NCBI GenBank assembly: GCA_021161425.1
Contig: JAGHAQ010000093.1
Coordinates: 1 to 62,858, forward strand
Reading direction: 5' to 3'
DNA length: 62,858 nt
Origin: Candidatus Tharpella sp.
Lineage (GTDB): Bacteria > Desulfobacterota > Anaeroferrophillalia > Anaeroferrophillales > Tharpellaceae
The notes beneath the pieces are model-generated. The model had not been told where the DNA came from. It saw only the letters and a program-made list of their open reading frames with translations, and did not search any database. This document shows, in pieces, positions 1 through 9,060 of the stretch (position 1 is the first letter of the stretch; the number at the start of each line of letters is the position of its first letter). The translations under genes were made by a program, and so were the position numbers.

Positions 1-43
1 ATCTGAAGGGAAGAGAGAAGATCACCAAGCAATAATAACATAC

Positions 44-129
44 GGAGGGATGGCCGAGTGGCTTAAGGCGGCGGTCTTGAAAACCGTTGAGCGAAAGCTC
101 CGTGGGTTCAAATCCTACTCCCTCCGCCA
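44..129 (+). tRNA. tRNA-Ser (anticodon UGA), long variable arm, CCA encoded
   Basis: Hand-folded cloverleaf: acceptor GGAGGGA/TCCCTCC, anticodon stem GCGGT/ACCGT with loop CTTGAAA, T-arm GTGGG-TTCAAAT-CCTAC, discriminator G then CCA. Confidence 0.9.
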
Positions 130-140
130 TTTTCATAAAA

Positions 141-167
141 AGCCCGGCGAATTGCCTTCGCCGGGCT
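141..167. other. GC-rich hairpin between the two tRNA-Ser genes (AGCCCGGCGAA-ttgcc-TTCGCCGGGCT)
   Basis: Perfect 11-bp inverted repeat. An A-run lies on the left and no T-run on the right, so it is not a classical plus-strand terminator. Confidence 0.5.
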
Positions 168-254
168 TGACATTTAAGCAACCTTCTGGTAAACGACTTT
201 TCCTTCTTACAACAGTAAGGAAATATTCGAAAAGACAGTTACAGGTTACGACAC

Positions 255-348
255 GGAGAGATGGCCGAGTAAGGCTGAAGGCGCTCGCCTGCTAAGCGAG
301 TATGTGGTTTAACCTGCATCGAGGGTTCGAATCCCTCTCTCTCCGCCA
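255..348 (+). tRNA. tRNA-Ser (anticodon GCU), long variable arm, CCA encoded
   Basis: Acceptor GGAGAGA/TCTCTCC, anticodon stem CTCGC/GCGAG with loop CTGCTAA, T-arm GAGGG-TTCGAAT-CCCTC, discriminator G, CCA. Confidence 0.9.
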
Positions 349-378
349 CTTTTTAACAACTGCTTTAAAACAAAATAT

Positions 379-455
379 GCGCCGCTAGCTCAGCTGGATA
401 GAGTGCCTGACTACGGATCAGGAGGCCGGGAGTTCGAATCTTCTGCGGCGCGCCA
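379..455 (+). tRNA. tRNA-Arg (anticodon ACG), CCA encoded
   Basis: Acceptor GCGCCGC/GCGGCGC, D-arm TAGCTCAGCTGGATAGAGT, anticodon stem CCTGA/TCAGG with loop CTACGGA, T-loop GTTCGAATC. Confidence 0.9.
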
Positions 456-463
456 ATGATATC

Positions 464-498
464 AAGCACTTACAGGTAAAACCTGTAAGTGCTTTTTT
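464..498 (+). terminator. Rho-independent terminator of the tRNA cluster
   Basis: 13-bp perfect stem AAGCACTTACAGG / CCTGTAAGTGCTT, 5-nt loop, followed by TTTTTT. Confidence 0.8.
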
Positions 499-651
499 GG
501 TTTTGGGGATCTAGCGAAACCAGATATCAATGCGGGAGGGTAGACGCAGGGAATTGACAAAGACAATGAACCTTTAATGGTCGTAAAAGTCAAAAAACCT
601 TAATGTAACATATACAGACGATTACGACCTCGCAACTTAACTGCTTATTTG

Positions 652-1098
652 CTAGTTATAGGATAAACGAGTTTCCTCATCCGCCAATGTTGGTTGAATA
701 ATTTTTTCCCACTCGGAATCATTCCACGTCCCCAACTGATCGTGCATATTGAGGTATTTCTGAGGTATAGGATGAGTGCCATAAACGACTTCAAGGCCAT
801 ATTTGGTCTTAATAAAGTCGCTAAAATAGGTAATATGAGGACATGGAGGATAGCCCACAACTAATCCCGTGGCTAAATGTATCGCCTCTGCTCCGTTGCT
901 TTTCATTTCATCCACAGCATATTCAACATTACCACCCGGACACCCATCACAAGTGGTATACCCGACAACTTCCACTTCCATATTCTTATATCGGTTAAAA
1001 GCACCTTCTCGATTACGCAATGATCTAAAACATTTTCCGCCTGCACACCTACGGTAGCGATCACAGATAATTATACCAATATTTATTTTTTCTTTCAT
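652..1098 (-). CDS. CGGC-domain protein (Cys/His-rich, probable metal-binding), function unknown
   Basis: 148-aa ORF with motifs TCDGCPGG, AEAIHLATG, PPCPH and VVYGTHP, typical of CGGC-domain proteins. Recognised from memory, not searched. Confidence 0.65.
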   Translation of the reverse strand: MKEKINIGIIICDRYRRCAGGKCFRSLRNREGAFNRYKNMEVEVVGYTTCDGCPGGNVEYAVDEMKSNGAEAIHLATGLVVGYPPCPHITYFSDFIKTKYGLEVVYGTHPIPQKYLNMHDQLGTWNDSEWEKIIQPTLADEETRLSYN

Positions 1099-1144
1099 GT
1101 CGTCTCCAGATTCAAAAGAAAATTAGTCGCTTCTTTAAAGTGCT

Positions 1145-2170
1145 TTAGAGGTATTCGCGGATCAATTTTTCGGCAATCTGAACGGCGTTAAGGGCGGCAC
1201 CTTTACGAATATTATCAGCGACGACCCAGAGGTTGATGCCGTTAGCGATCGATTCGTCCTCACGGATCCGGCCAACCAAAGTGGCATCATGGCCGGCGGC
1301 ATCGATGGCTAAGGGATAGCGGTTTTGCGAGAGATCATCGACAAGTTCGACGCCAGGGGCTCTTTCCATCAGCTCACGAACTTCCTCAACCGAGATTTTC
1401 TCATCGGTCTCAATATTGATAGATTCGGAATGGCTGTAAAAAACCGGCACGCGAACCGCGGTGGCGGTCACGCCGAGACTATCATCGCCAAATATTTTTT
1501 GGGTCTCGCGAACCATCTTCATCTCCTCCTTGGAGTAACCGTTCTCAAGGAAGACATCGATGTGCGGCAGACAGTTGAAGGCGATCTGGTGAGGGTAAAC
1601 GTTTATCGGCAACTCTGACTCCTGGTTAAAAAGGGCAAGAACCTGTTTTTCAAGCTCATCGATCGCCTTCTTACCGCTACCGGAGACCGCCTGATAGGTG
1701 GAAACGACAACCCTGCGAATCCCGACGGCATCGTAGATCGGTTTTAAGGCAACCACCATCTGAATAGTCGAACAGTTGGGGTTGGCAATAATCCCGCGGG
1801 CCCGAAAATCGGCAATTGCGCCGGGATTGACCTCGGGCACAACCAAGGGCACATCGACATCCATGCGAAAGGCATTGGTATTATCAATCACCACCGCACC
1901 ACTGGCTGCCGCTGCCGGCGCAAAGGCCTCACTAATTGAGCCACCGGCTGAAAAGAGAGCAATATCAACCCCGTCAAAAGAGTCCTCGGTGAGTTCCTCG
2001 ACCGCATATTCGACCCCCTTGAACTCATAGGTTTTACCAACCGAATTAGCCGAAGCTAAAAGTTTCAGTTGAGCCACGGGAAAATCCCGTTCTTCAAGAG
2101 TTGCTATCATCTCATTGCCGACCGCACCGGTCGCACCAACCACGGCAACATTATATCCTTCTTTGTTCAT
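1145..2170 (-). CDS. asd: Aspartate-semialdehyde dehydrogenase
   Basis: 341 aa. Contains VAVVGATGAVG NAD-binding N-terminus, NPNCSTI active-site Cys motif and a GAALNAVQIAE C-terminus. ATG start at 2170. Confidence 0.95.
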   Translation of the reverse strand: MNKEGYNVAVVGATGAVGNEMIATLEERDFPVAQLKLLASANSVGKTYEFKGVEYAVEELTEDSFDGVDIALFSAGGSISEAFAPAAAASGAVVIDNTNAFRMDVDVPLVVPEVNPGAIADFRARGIIANPNCSTIQMVVALKPIYDAVGIRRVVVSTYQAVSGSGKKAIDELEKQVLALFNQESELPINVYPHQIAFNCLPHIDVFLENGYSKEEMKMVRETQKIFGDDSLGVTATAVRVPVFYSHSESINIETDEKISVEEVRELMERAPGVELVDDLSQNRYPLAIDAAGHDATLVGRIREDESIANGINLWVVADNIRKGAALNAVQIAEKLIREYL

Positions 2171-2234
2171 CTGTTATTCTCCATTAATATTCGATAAATT
2201 GTAACTATTCAGATACCCATAATTCAAGAGTTAC

Positions 2235-2303
2235 GTTACAGCGGATAGCGGCGAACTTTGCTTCGCCCTCTGTAATGATGGACACCCCAAAGACACTTCC
2301 CCG
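2235..2303 (+). repeat. Dispersed intergenic repeat family A, copy 1 (3' module degenerate)
   Basis: Contains the 25-nt core GGATAGCGGCGAACTTTGCTTCGCC (2243-2267), shared with 8433-8457 and, reverse-complemented, 35259-35283. Confidence 0.8.
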
Positions 2304-2369
2304 CTTCCGCTCAGGATGCAAACTACAGGTTTGCCCCCATATTGAAACAATTCAAAAACGAAATGACGC

Positions 2370-2870
2370 TTATGAGGATTCTAATCGTTTTCGCCAATGC
2401 TCCATGAGACCACCGTCATCAAGCAGTTTCTGCATAAAGTCGGGAATCGGCTGAGCCTTAAACCGCTGACCACTGGTCAGGTCATCTATAGTACCGGTAG
2501 TGGAATTAATGGCCACCTCATGACCCGCTTCAATAGCAGCGGCAGCTTCAACTGATTCGAGAATCAAGAGCCCGGTGTTAAAAGCATTGCGATAGAAGAT
2601 CCGGGCGAAAGTCGGCGCAATGACACAGGCCACACCAGCGGCTTTAATGGCGATTGGGGCATGCTCACGGGAAGAACCACAACCGAAATTTTTACCGGCA
2701 ACCATGATATCGCCCGCCTTGACCTTGCCGGCAAAGCCGGTATCGGCATCTTCCATGCAGTGTTTAGCTAATTCCAGGGGGTCCGAGGTATTGAGATAAC
2801 GAGCCGGAATAATGGCGTCGGTATCGACATCATCACCAAATTTCCAAGCTTTTCCTTGTATATTATTCAT
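2370..2870 (-). CDS. leuD: 3-isopropylmalate dehydratase small subunit
   Basis: Contains GKAWKFGDDVDTDAIIPARYL and GKNFGCGSSREHAP motifs. The ORF-track start at 2909 is TTG overlapping the leuC stop, so I prefer the ATG at 2870 (MNNIQGKAW). The start is uncertain. Confidence 0.9.
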   Translation of the reverse strand: MNNIQGKAWKFGDDVDTDAIIPARYLNTSDPLELAKHCMEDADTGFAGKVKAGDIMVAGKNFGCGSSREHAPIAIKAAGVACVIAPTFARIFYRNAFNTGLLILESVEAAAAIEAGHEVAINSTTGTIDDLTSGQRFKAQPIPDFMQKLLDDGGLMEHWRKRLESS

Positions 2871-2905
2871 ATTTACCTTGTTTTTCCCAGATCTAGGTTT
2901 TTTGT

Positions 2906-4174
2906 TCAAAGCACTTCTTCCGGGGCGGCGATGCGTCCCAAGATGGCACTGGCGGCGGCGACTGCCGGATTACTCAGATAGACCTCACTTTCGGGATGAC
3001 CCATACGGCCGACGAAGTTGCGGTTGGTAGTTGCCACGGCCCTTTCACCGGCGGCGAGAACTCCCATATGGCCGCCGAGACAAGGACCGCAGGTTGGCGG
3101 TGAAATCAGGGCTTCGGCGTCAAGAAAGATCTCGGTCAAACCTTCTTTTATCATCTGGCGATAGACATCCTGGGTTCCGGGAATAATCAGAAGCCGCATA
3201 TAGGGAGCCGCTTTCCGGCCTTTGAGCAGTGAGGCCGCCAGGCGAAAATCTTCAATCCGACCATTAGTGCAGGAGCCGATCACCACCTGATCGATTTCGA
3301 TCTTATCAGCTGCAGCCTGATCGACAGAACGGCTTTTGTCGGGCAGTGGCGGATAAGCCACCTGAGGCCTGATCGCCGAGGCATCGATCTCGATGGTTTT
3401 ACAATAGACAGCATCGGGATCACTGGCAAAGAGTGTATAGTCACGCTGAGCCCGGGAACGAACATAGTCAAGAGTGATTTCATCAGGGGCGATAATTCCG
3501 TTTTTTGCACCCGCTTCAATCGCCATATTAGCCATTGACATACGGCCGTACATCGGCAGAGTGTCAATGGTTTCACCCGTCATCTCAAGAGCCTGATAAA
3601 GGGCTCCGTCGACCTTCAGGATACCAATAGTATGTAGAATTAAGTCCTTGCCCTCGACCCAGGGTGCCAGCTTGCCGTGATAAACCACTTTGATAGTCTC
3701 GGGAACCTTTAACCAGACCTTACCGGTTGCCATAGCGGCAGCGAGATCGGTACTGCCGACACCGGTAGCAAAAGCGCCTAATGCACCATAGGTACAGGTA
3801 TGAGAATCGGCACCGACAATCAAATCTCCGGGCAAAACCAAACCCTGTTCCGGTAAAAGGACATGTTCAATTCCAACTCGACCGATCTCAAAATAGTTTT
3901 TGAGCCCCTGTTTCTTGGCAAACTCACGCAATATTTTAGCTTGTTCGGCCGATTTAATATCCTTGTTGGGGGTAAAATGGTCGGGAATCAGAAGTACCCG
4001 TTCGTCATCAAAGACTTTTTCCACGCCGAGTTTTTCAAACTCAGCAATCGCAATCGGGGCCGTAACATCATTGGCCAAGGCGATATCGACCTTGGCTTCG
4101 ATCAGTTGACCGGGTTCTACCTCATCAAAACCGGCATGAAAGGCGAGGATTTTTTCGGTTATTGTCTGGGCCAT
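2906..4174 (-). CDS. leuC: 3-isopropylmalate dehydratase large subunit (aconitase family)
   Basis: 422 aa with [25 protein letters not shown] and [12 protein letters not shown] Fe-S ligand motifs. Confidence 0.95.
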   Translation of the reverse strand: MAQTITEKILAFHAGFDEVEPGQLIEAKVDIALANDVTAPIAIAEFEKLGVEKVFDDERVLLIPDHFTPNKDIKSAEQAKILREFAKKQGLKNYFEIGRVGIEHVLLPEQGLVLPGDLIVGADSHTCTYGALGAFATGVGSTDLAAAMATGKVWLKVPETIKVVYHGKLAPWVEGKDLILHTIGILKVDGALYQALEMTGETIDTLPMYGRMSMANMAIEAGAKNGIIAPDEITLDYVRSRAQRDYTLFASDPDAVYCKTIEIDASAIRPQVAYPPLPDKSRSVDQAAADKIEIDQVVIGSCTNGRIEDFRLAASLLKGRKAAPYMRLLIIPGTQDVYRQMIKEGLTEIFLDAEALISPPTCGPCLGGHMGVLAAGERAVATTNRNFVGRMGHPESEVYLSNPAVAAASAILGRIAAPEEVL

Positions 4175-4185
4175 AAATTTTTCTC

Positions 4186-5718
4186 CTAAACCGTCACTTG
4201 AGGACGATTTCGTTTCTTATACTCAAGTTTATTAAGAGCATTCATATAGGCTCTGGCACTGGCAACAACGACGCAGGTATGGGCGCCCTGACCCATAACC
4301 GTTAACCCCTTTTCGCGAATCCTAACCGTGACTTCACCGAGCGCGTCCGCACCCCCTGTAATTGATTTAACCTCATAAGTCAAGAGACGGCTCTGAGTGT
4401 TGGTTAACTGCTTGATAGTCTTAAAAACCGCGTCCACGGCACCATCACCAAACTCAGCCCCATGCCGTTTTTCACCCTCAACCTCAATCTCTAAAGTGGC
4501 ACTCGGCATCGCTACCGTACCACTATTGAAACTGACAAAATTGAGTTTGAAATAGTGAGGAATGCGGATGATTTCGTCAGCTATAAGGGCGTCGATATCC
4601 TCATCAAAAACCTCCTTTTTCTTGTCGGCCAGATTTTTAAAGGCGACAAAGGCGGTCTCAACTTGCTGTGGCTCAAGTTCGTAACCGAGATCGTTGATCT
4701 TCTCCTGAAAAGCGTGGCGACCGGAGTGTTTGCCCATAACCAGACTGTTTTGCGGCAGACCGATCGATTCCGGTGTCATAATCTCGTAGGTCTCTTTATT
4801 CTTCAAAACGCCATCTTGATGGATACCGGCTTCATGGGCAAAAGCGTTAGCCCCGACAATCGCTTTGTTGGGTTGAACCCGAATACCGGTCACCTGACTG
4901 ACCAAGCGACTGGCGGGATAGATCTGAGTAGTAACTATTCCAGTTTCGTAGGCCAAATTGTCGGGCCGGGTACGTAAAGCCATAACCAGCTCTTCAAGCG
5001 AGGAGTTGCCGGCCCTCTCCCCGATACCGTTGACCGTACATTCAACCTGCCGGGCCCCGGCCTGGATGGCAGCAATCGAATTGGCGGTTGCCAGACCGAG
5101 ATCATTATGGCAATGGACCGAAATGACGATACCGTCACCACCATTAGGCAGACGCTCTCTGATCGAACTGATCAGAGAGAAATATTCACGGGGCACAGTA
5201 TAGCCAACCGTATCCGGGATATTGATTGTCGTCGCCCCGGCCTCAACTACGGCGGTAAAGATTTTAACAAGAAAATCGATGTCACTGCGGGTCGCATCTT
5301 CGGCTGAAAATTCAATATTTGAGGTCAGGGTGCGAGCGTAGCGAACGGCCGCCACTGCCTGCTCGAGAACTGCAGCAGGCTCCATCTGCAATTTATGCTG
5401 CATATGGATCGGCGAAGTCGCAATAAAGGTATGAATACGAGGATCGGCCCCACCTTTCAAAGCCCCCCAAGCACGATCGATATCCTTTCGACTGGCCCGG
5501 GCGAGTCCCGCCACCTGACAACCCCGTATCTTATCACTAACCAACTTGACCCCGGCAAAATCCCCCTCAGAAGCGATCGGAAAGCCGGCTTCGATTACAT
5601 CAACCCCGAGTTTTTCGAGCTGTCGGGCCAGCAACAGTTTCTCCTCCACATTCATACTGGCGCCGGGAGACTGTTCACCATCTCTTAAAGTAGTGTCAAA
5701 AATTGTTATCCTGTCCAT
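4186..5718 (-). CDS. leuA: 2-isopropylmalate synthase
   Basis: Contains [27 protein letters not shown] and a C-terminal LeuA dimerisation/regulatory region. The ATG at 5718 is preceded by GGAGGA. An alternative ATG at 5730 would add 4 aa. Confidence 0.93.
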   Translation of the reverse strand: MDRITIFDTTLRDGEQSPGASMNVEEKLLLARQLEKLGVDVIEAGFPIASEGDFAGVKLVSDKIRGCQVAGLARASRKDIDRAWGALKGGADPRIHTFIATSPIHMQHKLQMEPAAVLEQAVAAVRYARTLTSNIEFSAEDATRSDIDFLVKIFTAVVEAGATTINIPDTVGYTVPREYFSLISSIRERLPNGGDGIVISVHCHNDLGLATANSIAAIQAGARQVECTVNGIGERAGNSSLEELVMALRTRPDNLAYETGIVTTQIYPASRLVSQVTGIRVQPNKAIVGANAFAHEAGIHQDGVLKNKETYEIMTPESIGLPQNSLVMGKHSGRHAFQEKINDLGYELEPQQVETAFVAFKNLADKKKEVFDEDIDALIADEIIRIPHYFKLNFVSFNSGTVAMPSATLEIEVEGEKRHGAEFGDGAVDAVFKTIKQLTNTQSRLLTYEVKSITGGADALGEVTVRIREKGLTVMGQGAHTCVVVASARAYMNALNKLEYKKRNRPQVTV

Positions 5719-5787
5719 AATTTCCTCCATATAAATTTACTAATTATAAGACTCTGATGCACTCGTAATAGTCACGGAATGGCTAAG

Positions 5788-5830
5788 CAAAAAAATCCCC
5801 CTGAATTCTTTAAGCGAACTCAGGGGGATT
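5788..5830 (-). terminator. Rho-independent terminator after pssA (separates ilv-psd-pssA from leuA-leuCD-asd)
   Basis: On the minus strand: stem ATCCCCCTGA / TCAGGGGGAT followed by TTTTTTTG. A perfect TATAAT (minus strand, 5748-5743) lies between it and leuA. Confidence 0.7.
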
Positions 5831-5871
5831 GGTATTTATTATCAATAAGGTTAATTTGTGGGTTGGTTTAC

Positions 5872-6615
5872 CTAATTCACAATTTTCTCCTCATCGAACC
5901 CCTGAGTCCGCTTTTTTAGTAGCCCGGTTAGTAGTAGCAAAGACTTAACCGGCCCCGAAAAAGTATAGATGACGGCAAGGATAAAAAGAGAGGCCTGAGG
6001 CTCGGCAGCGATCACAATAAAAACCACGGCCATCATGACCAAAGCCACGAATGGACCGCGGCCATGAAAAATGGACTCTTTGAAAGCCGGATATTTGACG
6101 TTACTAACCATCAAAAAAGCCAACCCATAACAGAGCAAAAGAAGTACAATATTACTTTCAATACCGGTCGCACCAAGATGATCGGCAATCAGAACCGTGG
6201 TTGCCGCCATACTGGCCGCTGCTGGTATCGGCAGACCGGTAAAACTGCCCTTTGGAGCCGAATCGGCCTGCACATTGTAACGAGCCAAACGCAAAGCGCC
6301 ACAAGCAACAAAGAGAAAAGCGGCAAGCCAACCAAAACGACCAAAAGATGAGAGACTCCACTGAAAAATCAACAACGCCGGGGCCACGCCAAACGAAACA
6401 AGATCAGCCAAGGAATCAAATTCCATACCGAAACGACTGGTGGCATTCATCATACGAGCCACCTTACCATCAAGGATATCGAAGACATTGGCCACAATAA
6501 TAGCCGTGGCAGCGGTACCATAATCGCCTTTGATTGCCGAAATCATGGCAAAAAAACCACAAAAAAGATTGCCCATGGTGAAAAGGTTGGGCAGAAGGTA
6601 GATTCCTCGTATCAC
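5872..6615 (-). CDS. pssA: CDP-diacylglycerol--serine O-phosphatidyltransferase
   Basis: CDP-alcohol phosphatidyltransferase motif DILDGKVARMMNATSRFGMEFDSLADLVSFG. The ORF-track start at 6675 is TTG. A GTG at 6615 gives (M)IRGIYLLPNLFT and is preceded by GGAG at a 5-nt spacing. Confidence 0.88.
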   Translation of the reverse strand: MIRGIYLLPNLFTMGNLFCGFFAMISAIKGDYGTAATAIIVANVFDILDGKVARMMNATSRFGMEFDSLADLVSFGVAPALLIFQWSLSSFGRFGWLAAFLFVACGALRLARYNVQADSAPKGSFTGLPIPAAASMAATTVLIADHLGATGIESNIVLLLLCYGLAFLMVSNVKYPAFKESIFHGRGPFVALVMMAVVFIVIAAEPQASLFILAVIYTFSGPVKSLLLLTGLLKKRTQGFDEEKIVN

Positions 6616-6675
6616 GTTAACTCCACACTTATTCTCGGATCCTTCAAAAACTGAACAATTGTGATTATAACACAA

Positions 6676-7344
6676 TTAACCGGCATTTGGCAAGTAACCA
6701 ATAATTGTCTCACCACCCTTAACATGCTGACCGACCGAAACATCGATCTCGGTTCGCGGCGGCAGATAGAGTTCGACCCGCGAACCGAAACGAATCAGGC
6801 CGAAGCGCTCGCCTTTTTCCAAGGTGTCATCAGGGCCGACAAAACAGACAATCCGCCGGGCGATGAGACCGGCAATCTGGACAAAAGCTAGACGCCGCCC
6901 CTGCTCATCCTCCATCACCACCATATTACGCTCATTCTCTTCCGAAGCTTTATCAAGATCAGCTGAAAAGAACTTGCCCGGTTTATAGTGAATTTCAAGA
7001 ACCCGACCAGCCGCCGGAGACCGATTGACATGAACATTAAAGATCGACATAAAGATACTGACTTTTGTACTTTCAGCCATGCCAGACAATTCCGGGCCAT
7101 CGACCTGGGTCACCGAAAGAATACGGCCATCGGCTGGAGAGACAACCGTCCCTTCACGGAAAGGTGGATAACGATCCGGATTACGAAAAAAGGAGCCCGT
7201 AAAAATCGCCAACAGCAAAGTCAGCTTCCAGAGCCAACCCCAACCGAGAAGAAAAAAGATAATGGTAGCCAGGCCGAGTCCCAAAACCCAGCGATGACCC
7301 TCAGGGTGAACTTTGTCCAGTAAAGGCAGATTACTCAGTTTCAA
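6676..7344 (-). CDS. psd: Phosphatidylserine decarboxylase proenzyme (short, archaeal-type Psd)
   Basis: 222 aa with an FGS self-cleavage motif (LIRFGSRVELYLP) and two N-terminal TM segments. TTG start preceded by AAGGAG at 7 nt. Confidence 0.88.
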   Translation of the reverse strand: MKLSNLPLLDKVHPEGHRWVLGLGLATIIFFLLGWGWLWKLTLLLAIFTGSFFRNPDRYPPFREGTVVSPADGRILSVTQVDGPELSGMAESTKVSIFMSIFNVHVNRSPAAGRVLEIHYKPGKFFSADLDKASEENERNMVVMEDEQGRRLAFVQIAGLIARRIVCFVGPDDTLEKGERFGLIRFGSRVELYLPPRTEIDVSVGQHVKGGETIIGYLPNAG

Positions 7345-7361
7345 AATGTTACTCCTTAATA

Positions 7362-8378
7362 TTAGTTTCTTTTCTTATCGACCAGTTTATCCTTGCTGAT
7401 CCAGCTCATCATAGAGCGTAGTTTCTCGCCGACCTGCTCGATTTCATGTTCTTCACCATTTCGGGTCAAGGCATTAAAAACCGGCCGGTTAGCCTGATTT
7501 TCGAGAATCCATTCGCGGGCAAATGAGCCATCCTGAATCTCTTCCAGGATCTCCGCCATCGCTTCTCGGCTCTCTTGGTTGATTACCCGGGGACCGCGGG
7601 TCAGATCACCGAACTGGGCCGTATTACTGATCGAATAGCGCATATTGGTGATACCGCCTTCGTAAATCAGGTCAACGATCAGTTTGAGTTCATGGAGACA
7701 CTCAAAATAAGCCATCTCCGGCGCGTAACCAGCATCGACCAAAGTTTCAAAGCCGGCTCGGATCAATTCGGTCACCCCGCCGCAAAGTACGGCCTGTTCG
7801 CCAAAGAGATCGGTTTCAGTCTCTTCCCGGAAACTGGTTTCAATAATCCCGGCCCGGCCCCCGCCAATGCCGCAGGCATACGCCATAGCCAGCGCCCGGG
7901 TATCGCCGGCGGGATCCTGATGCAGGGCGATCAGGGTCGGCACGCCCATGCCCTTGGTATATTCATGACGAACCAGATGACCCGGTCCTTTCGGAGCGGC
8001 CATAAAAACATTGACCCCGGCCGGAGGAACAATCTGTCCATAGTGGATATTAAAACCGTGGGCAAAAGCCAGATAGTCACCCTCCTCAAGATTGGGCGCA
8101 ATCTTATCCCGGTAGAGGGCGGCCTGAAGCTCATCGGGAACCAAAATCATAATCACCTGAGCCTGTCGAACCGCTTCGGCCGTCTCCAAAAGCGGCAAAC
8201 CACCGGTTTCAGCTTTCTGCCACGATGGACCGCTGCGCCGCAAACCAACCACAACATCAAAACCGCTCTCTTTCAGATTATGAGCATGTGCATGTCCCTG
8301 ACTACCATAGCCAATAACGGCAATCTTTCGACCCTGCAAAACCGACAGATCGGCATCTTTTTCATAATAGAGCTGCAT
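7362..8378 (-). CDS. ilvC: Ketol-acid reductoisomerase (class I)
   Basis: 338 aa with [21 protein letters not shown] and [15 protein letters not shown] motifs. Confidence 0.96.
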   Translation of the reverse strand: MQLYYEKDADLSVLQGRKIAVIGYGSQGHAHAHNLKESGFDVVVGLRRSGPSWQKAETGGLPLLETAEAVRQAQVIMILVPDELQAALYRDKIAPNLEEGDYLAFAHGFNIHYGQIVPPAGVNVFMAAPKGPGHLVRHEYTKGMGVPTLIALHQDPAGDTRALAMAYACGIGGGRAGIIETSFREETETDLFGEQAVLCGGVTELIRAGFETLVDAGYAPEMAYFECLHELKLIVDLIYEGGITNMRYSISNTAQFGDLTRGPRVINQESREAMAEILEEIQDGSFAREWILENQANRPVFNALTRNGEEHEIEQVGEKLRSMMSWISKDKLVDKKRN

Positions 8379-8419
8379 ATCATACCTCTTTCTAAAAAAT
8401 TAAGTGACAAGATTAAGGA

Positions 8420-8523
8420 GTTAAGCCGCAAAGGATAGCGGCGAACTTCGCTTCGCCCTGCTTCGCAAGGGGACACGGCTCAGCCCGGCTCGGGCTAAAG
8501 CCCTGCCTGGAGACATGTCCCCG
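8420..8523 (+). repeat. Dispersed intergenic repeat family A, copy 2 (full length)
   Basis: GTTAAG..GGATAGCGGCGAACTTCGCTTCGCCCTGCTTCGCAAGGGGACA-(loop containing an AGCCCG/CGGGCT hairpin)-TGTCCCCG. Aligns with the reverse complement of 35221-35296. Confidence 0.85.
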
Positions 8524-8564
8524 TACCGAGCCAAATTGAAATAATCCATAGCCAAAAAGTTACT

Positions 8565-9050
8565 TCATTTTCCACTATCGCGAGCTAGAGCAACCATGCC
8601 GGTACGTGACATCTCTTTAATTCCGAAGGGCGCTAGGACTTCCAGGGCGACTTCAATTTTAGTTCGCTCACCGGTTAATTCAACGATCAGGGAACGGGGT
8701 CCCAACTCCAAAACCCGGCCTTGATAGACCTCAACCAAGCGCAACAATTCAAGACGCTTGGCCCCGCTGTTTACAGCAAATTTCAAGAGCGCCATCTCAC
8801 GAACCATCTGTACCGATTCGGTAAGTTCAACCACCTTGATCACATTAATTAGCTTATTGAGCTGTTTAGTGATCTGCTCGATGATATGATCATCGCCCTG
8901 GGTAACAATCGTCATACTCGATACACTTGAATCAACGGTTTCCGCCACCGTCAGGCTTTCGATATTAAAACCACGCCCGCTGAAGAGGGAGGCAATGCGG
9001 GAGAGGACACCAAACTCGTTCTCGACCAGAACATTGATAATATGTTTCAT
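8565..9050 (-). CDS. ilvN: Acetolactate synthase small (regulatory) subunit
   Basis: ACT-domain N-terminus MKHIINVLVENEFGVLSRIASLFSGRGFNIESLTV. The ATG at 9050 is preceded by GAAGGAGAAGAG. The ORF-track extension to 9143 overlaps ilvB. Confidence 0.93.
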   Translation of the reverse strand: MKHIINVLVENEFGVLSRIASLFSGRGFNIESLTVAETVDSSVSSMTIVTQGDDHIIEQITKQLNKLINVIKVVELTESVQMVREMALLKFAVNSGAKRLELLRLVEVYQGRVLELGPRSLIVELTGERTKIEVALEVLAPFGIKEMSRTGMVALARDSGK

Positions 9051-9060
9051 CTCTTCTCCT

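Noticed and set aside
50-295. 81-aa ORF at the left edge
   Set aside because: It is simply the translation of tRNA-Ser(UGA), the spacer and the start of tRNA-Ser(GCU).
7575-8438. 287-aa ORF on the plus strand
   Set aside because: It is entirely antisense to the well-supported ilvC. It has a low-complexity, Arg/Gly/Pro-biased composition and no recognisable family. This is a typical shadow ORF.
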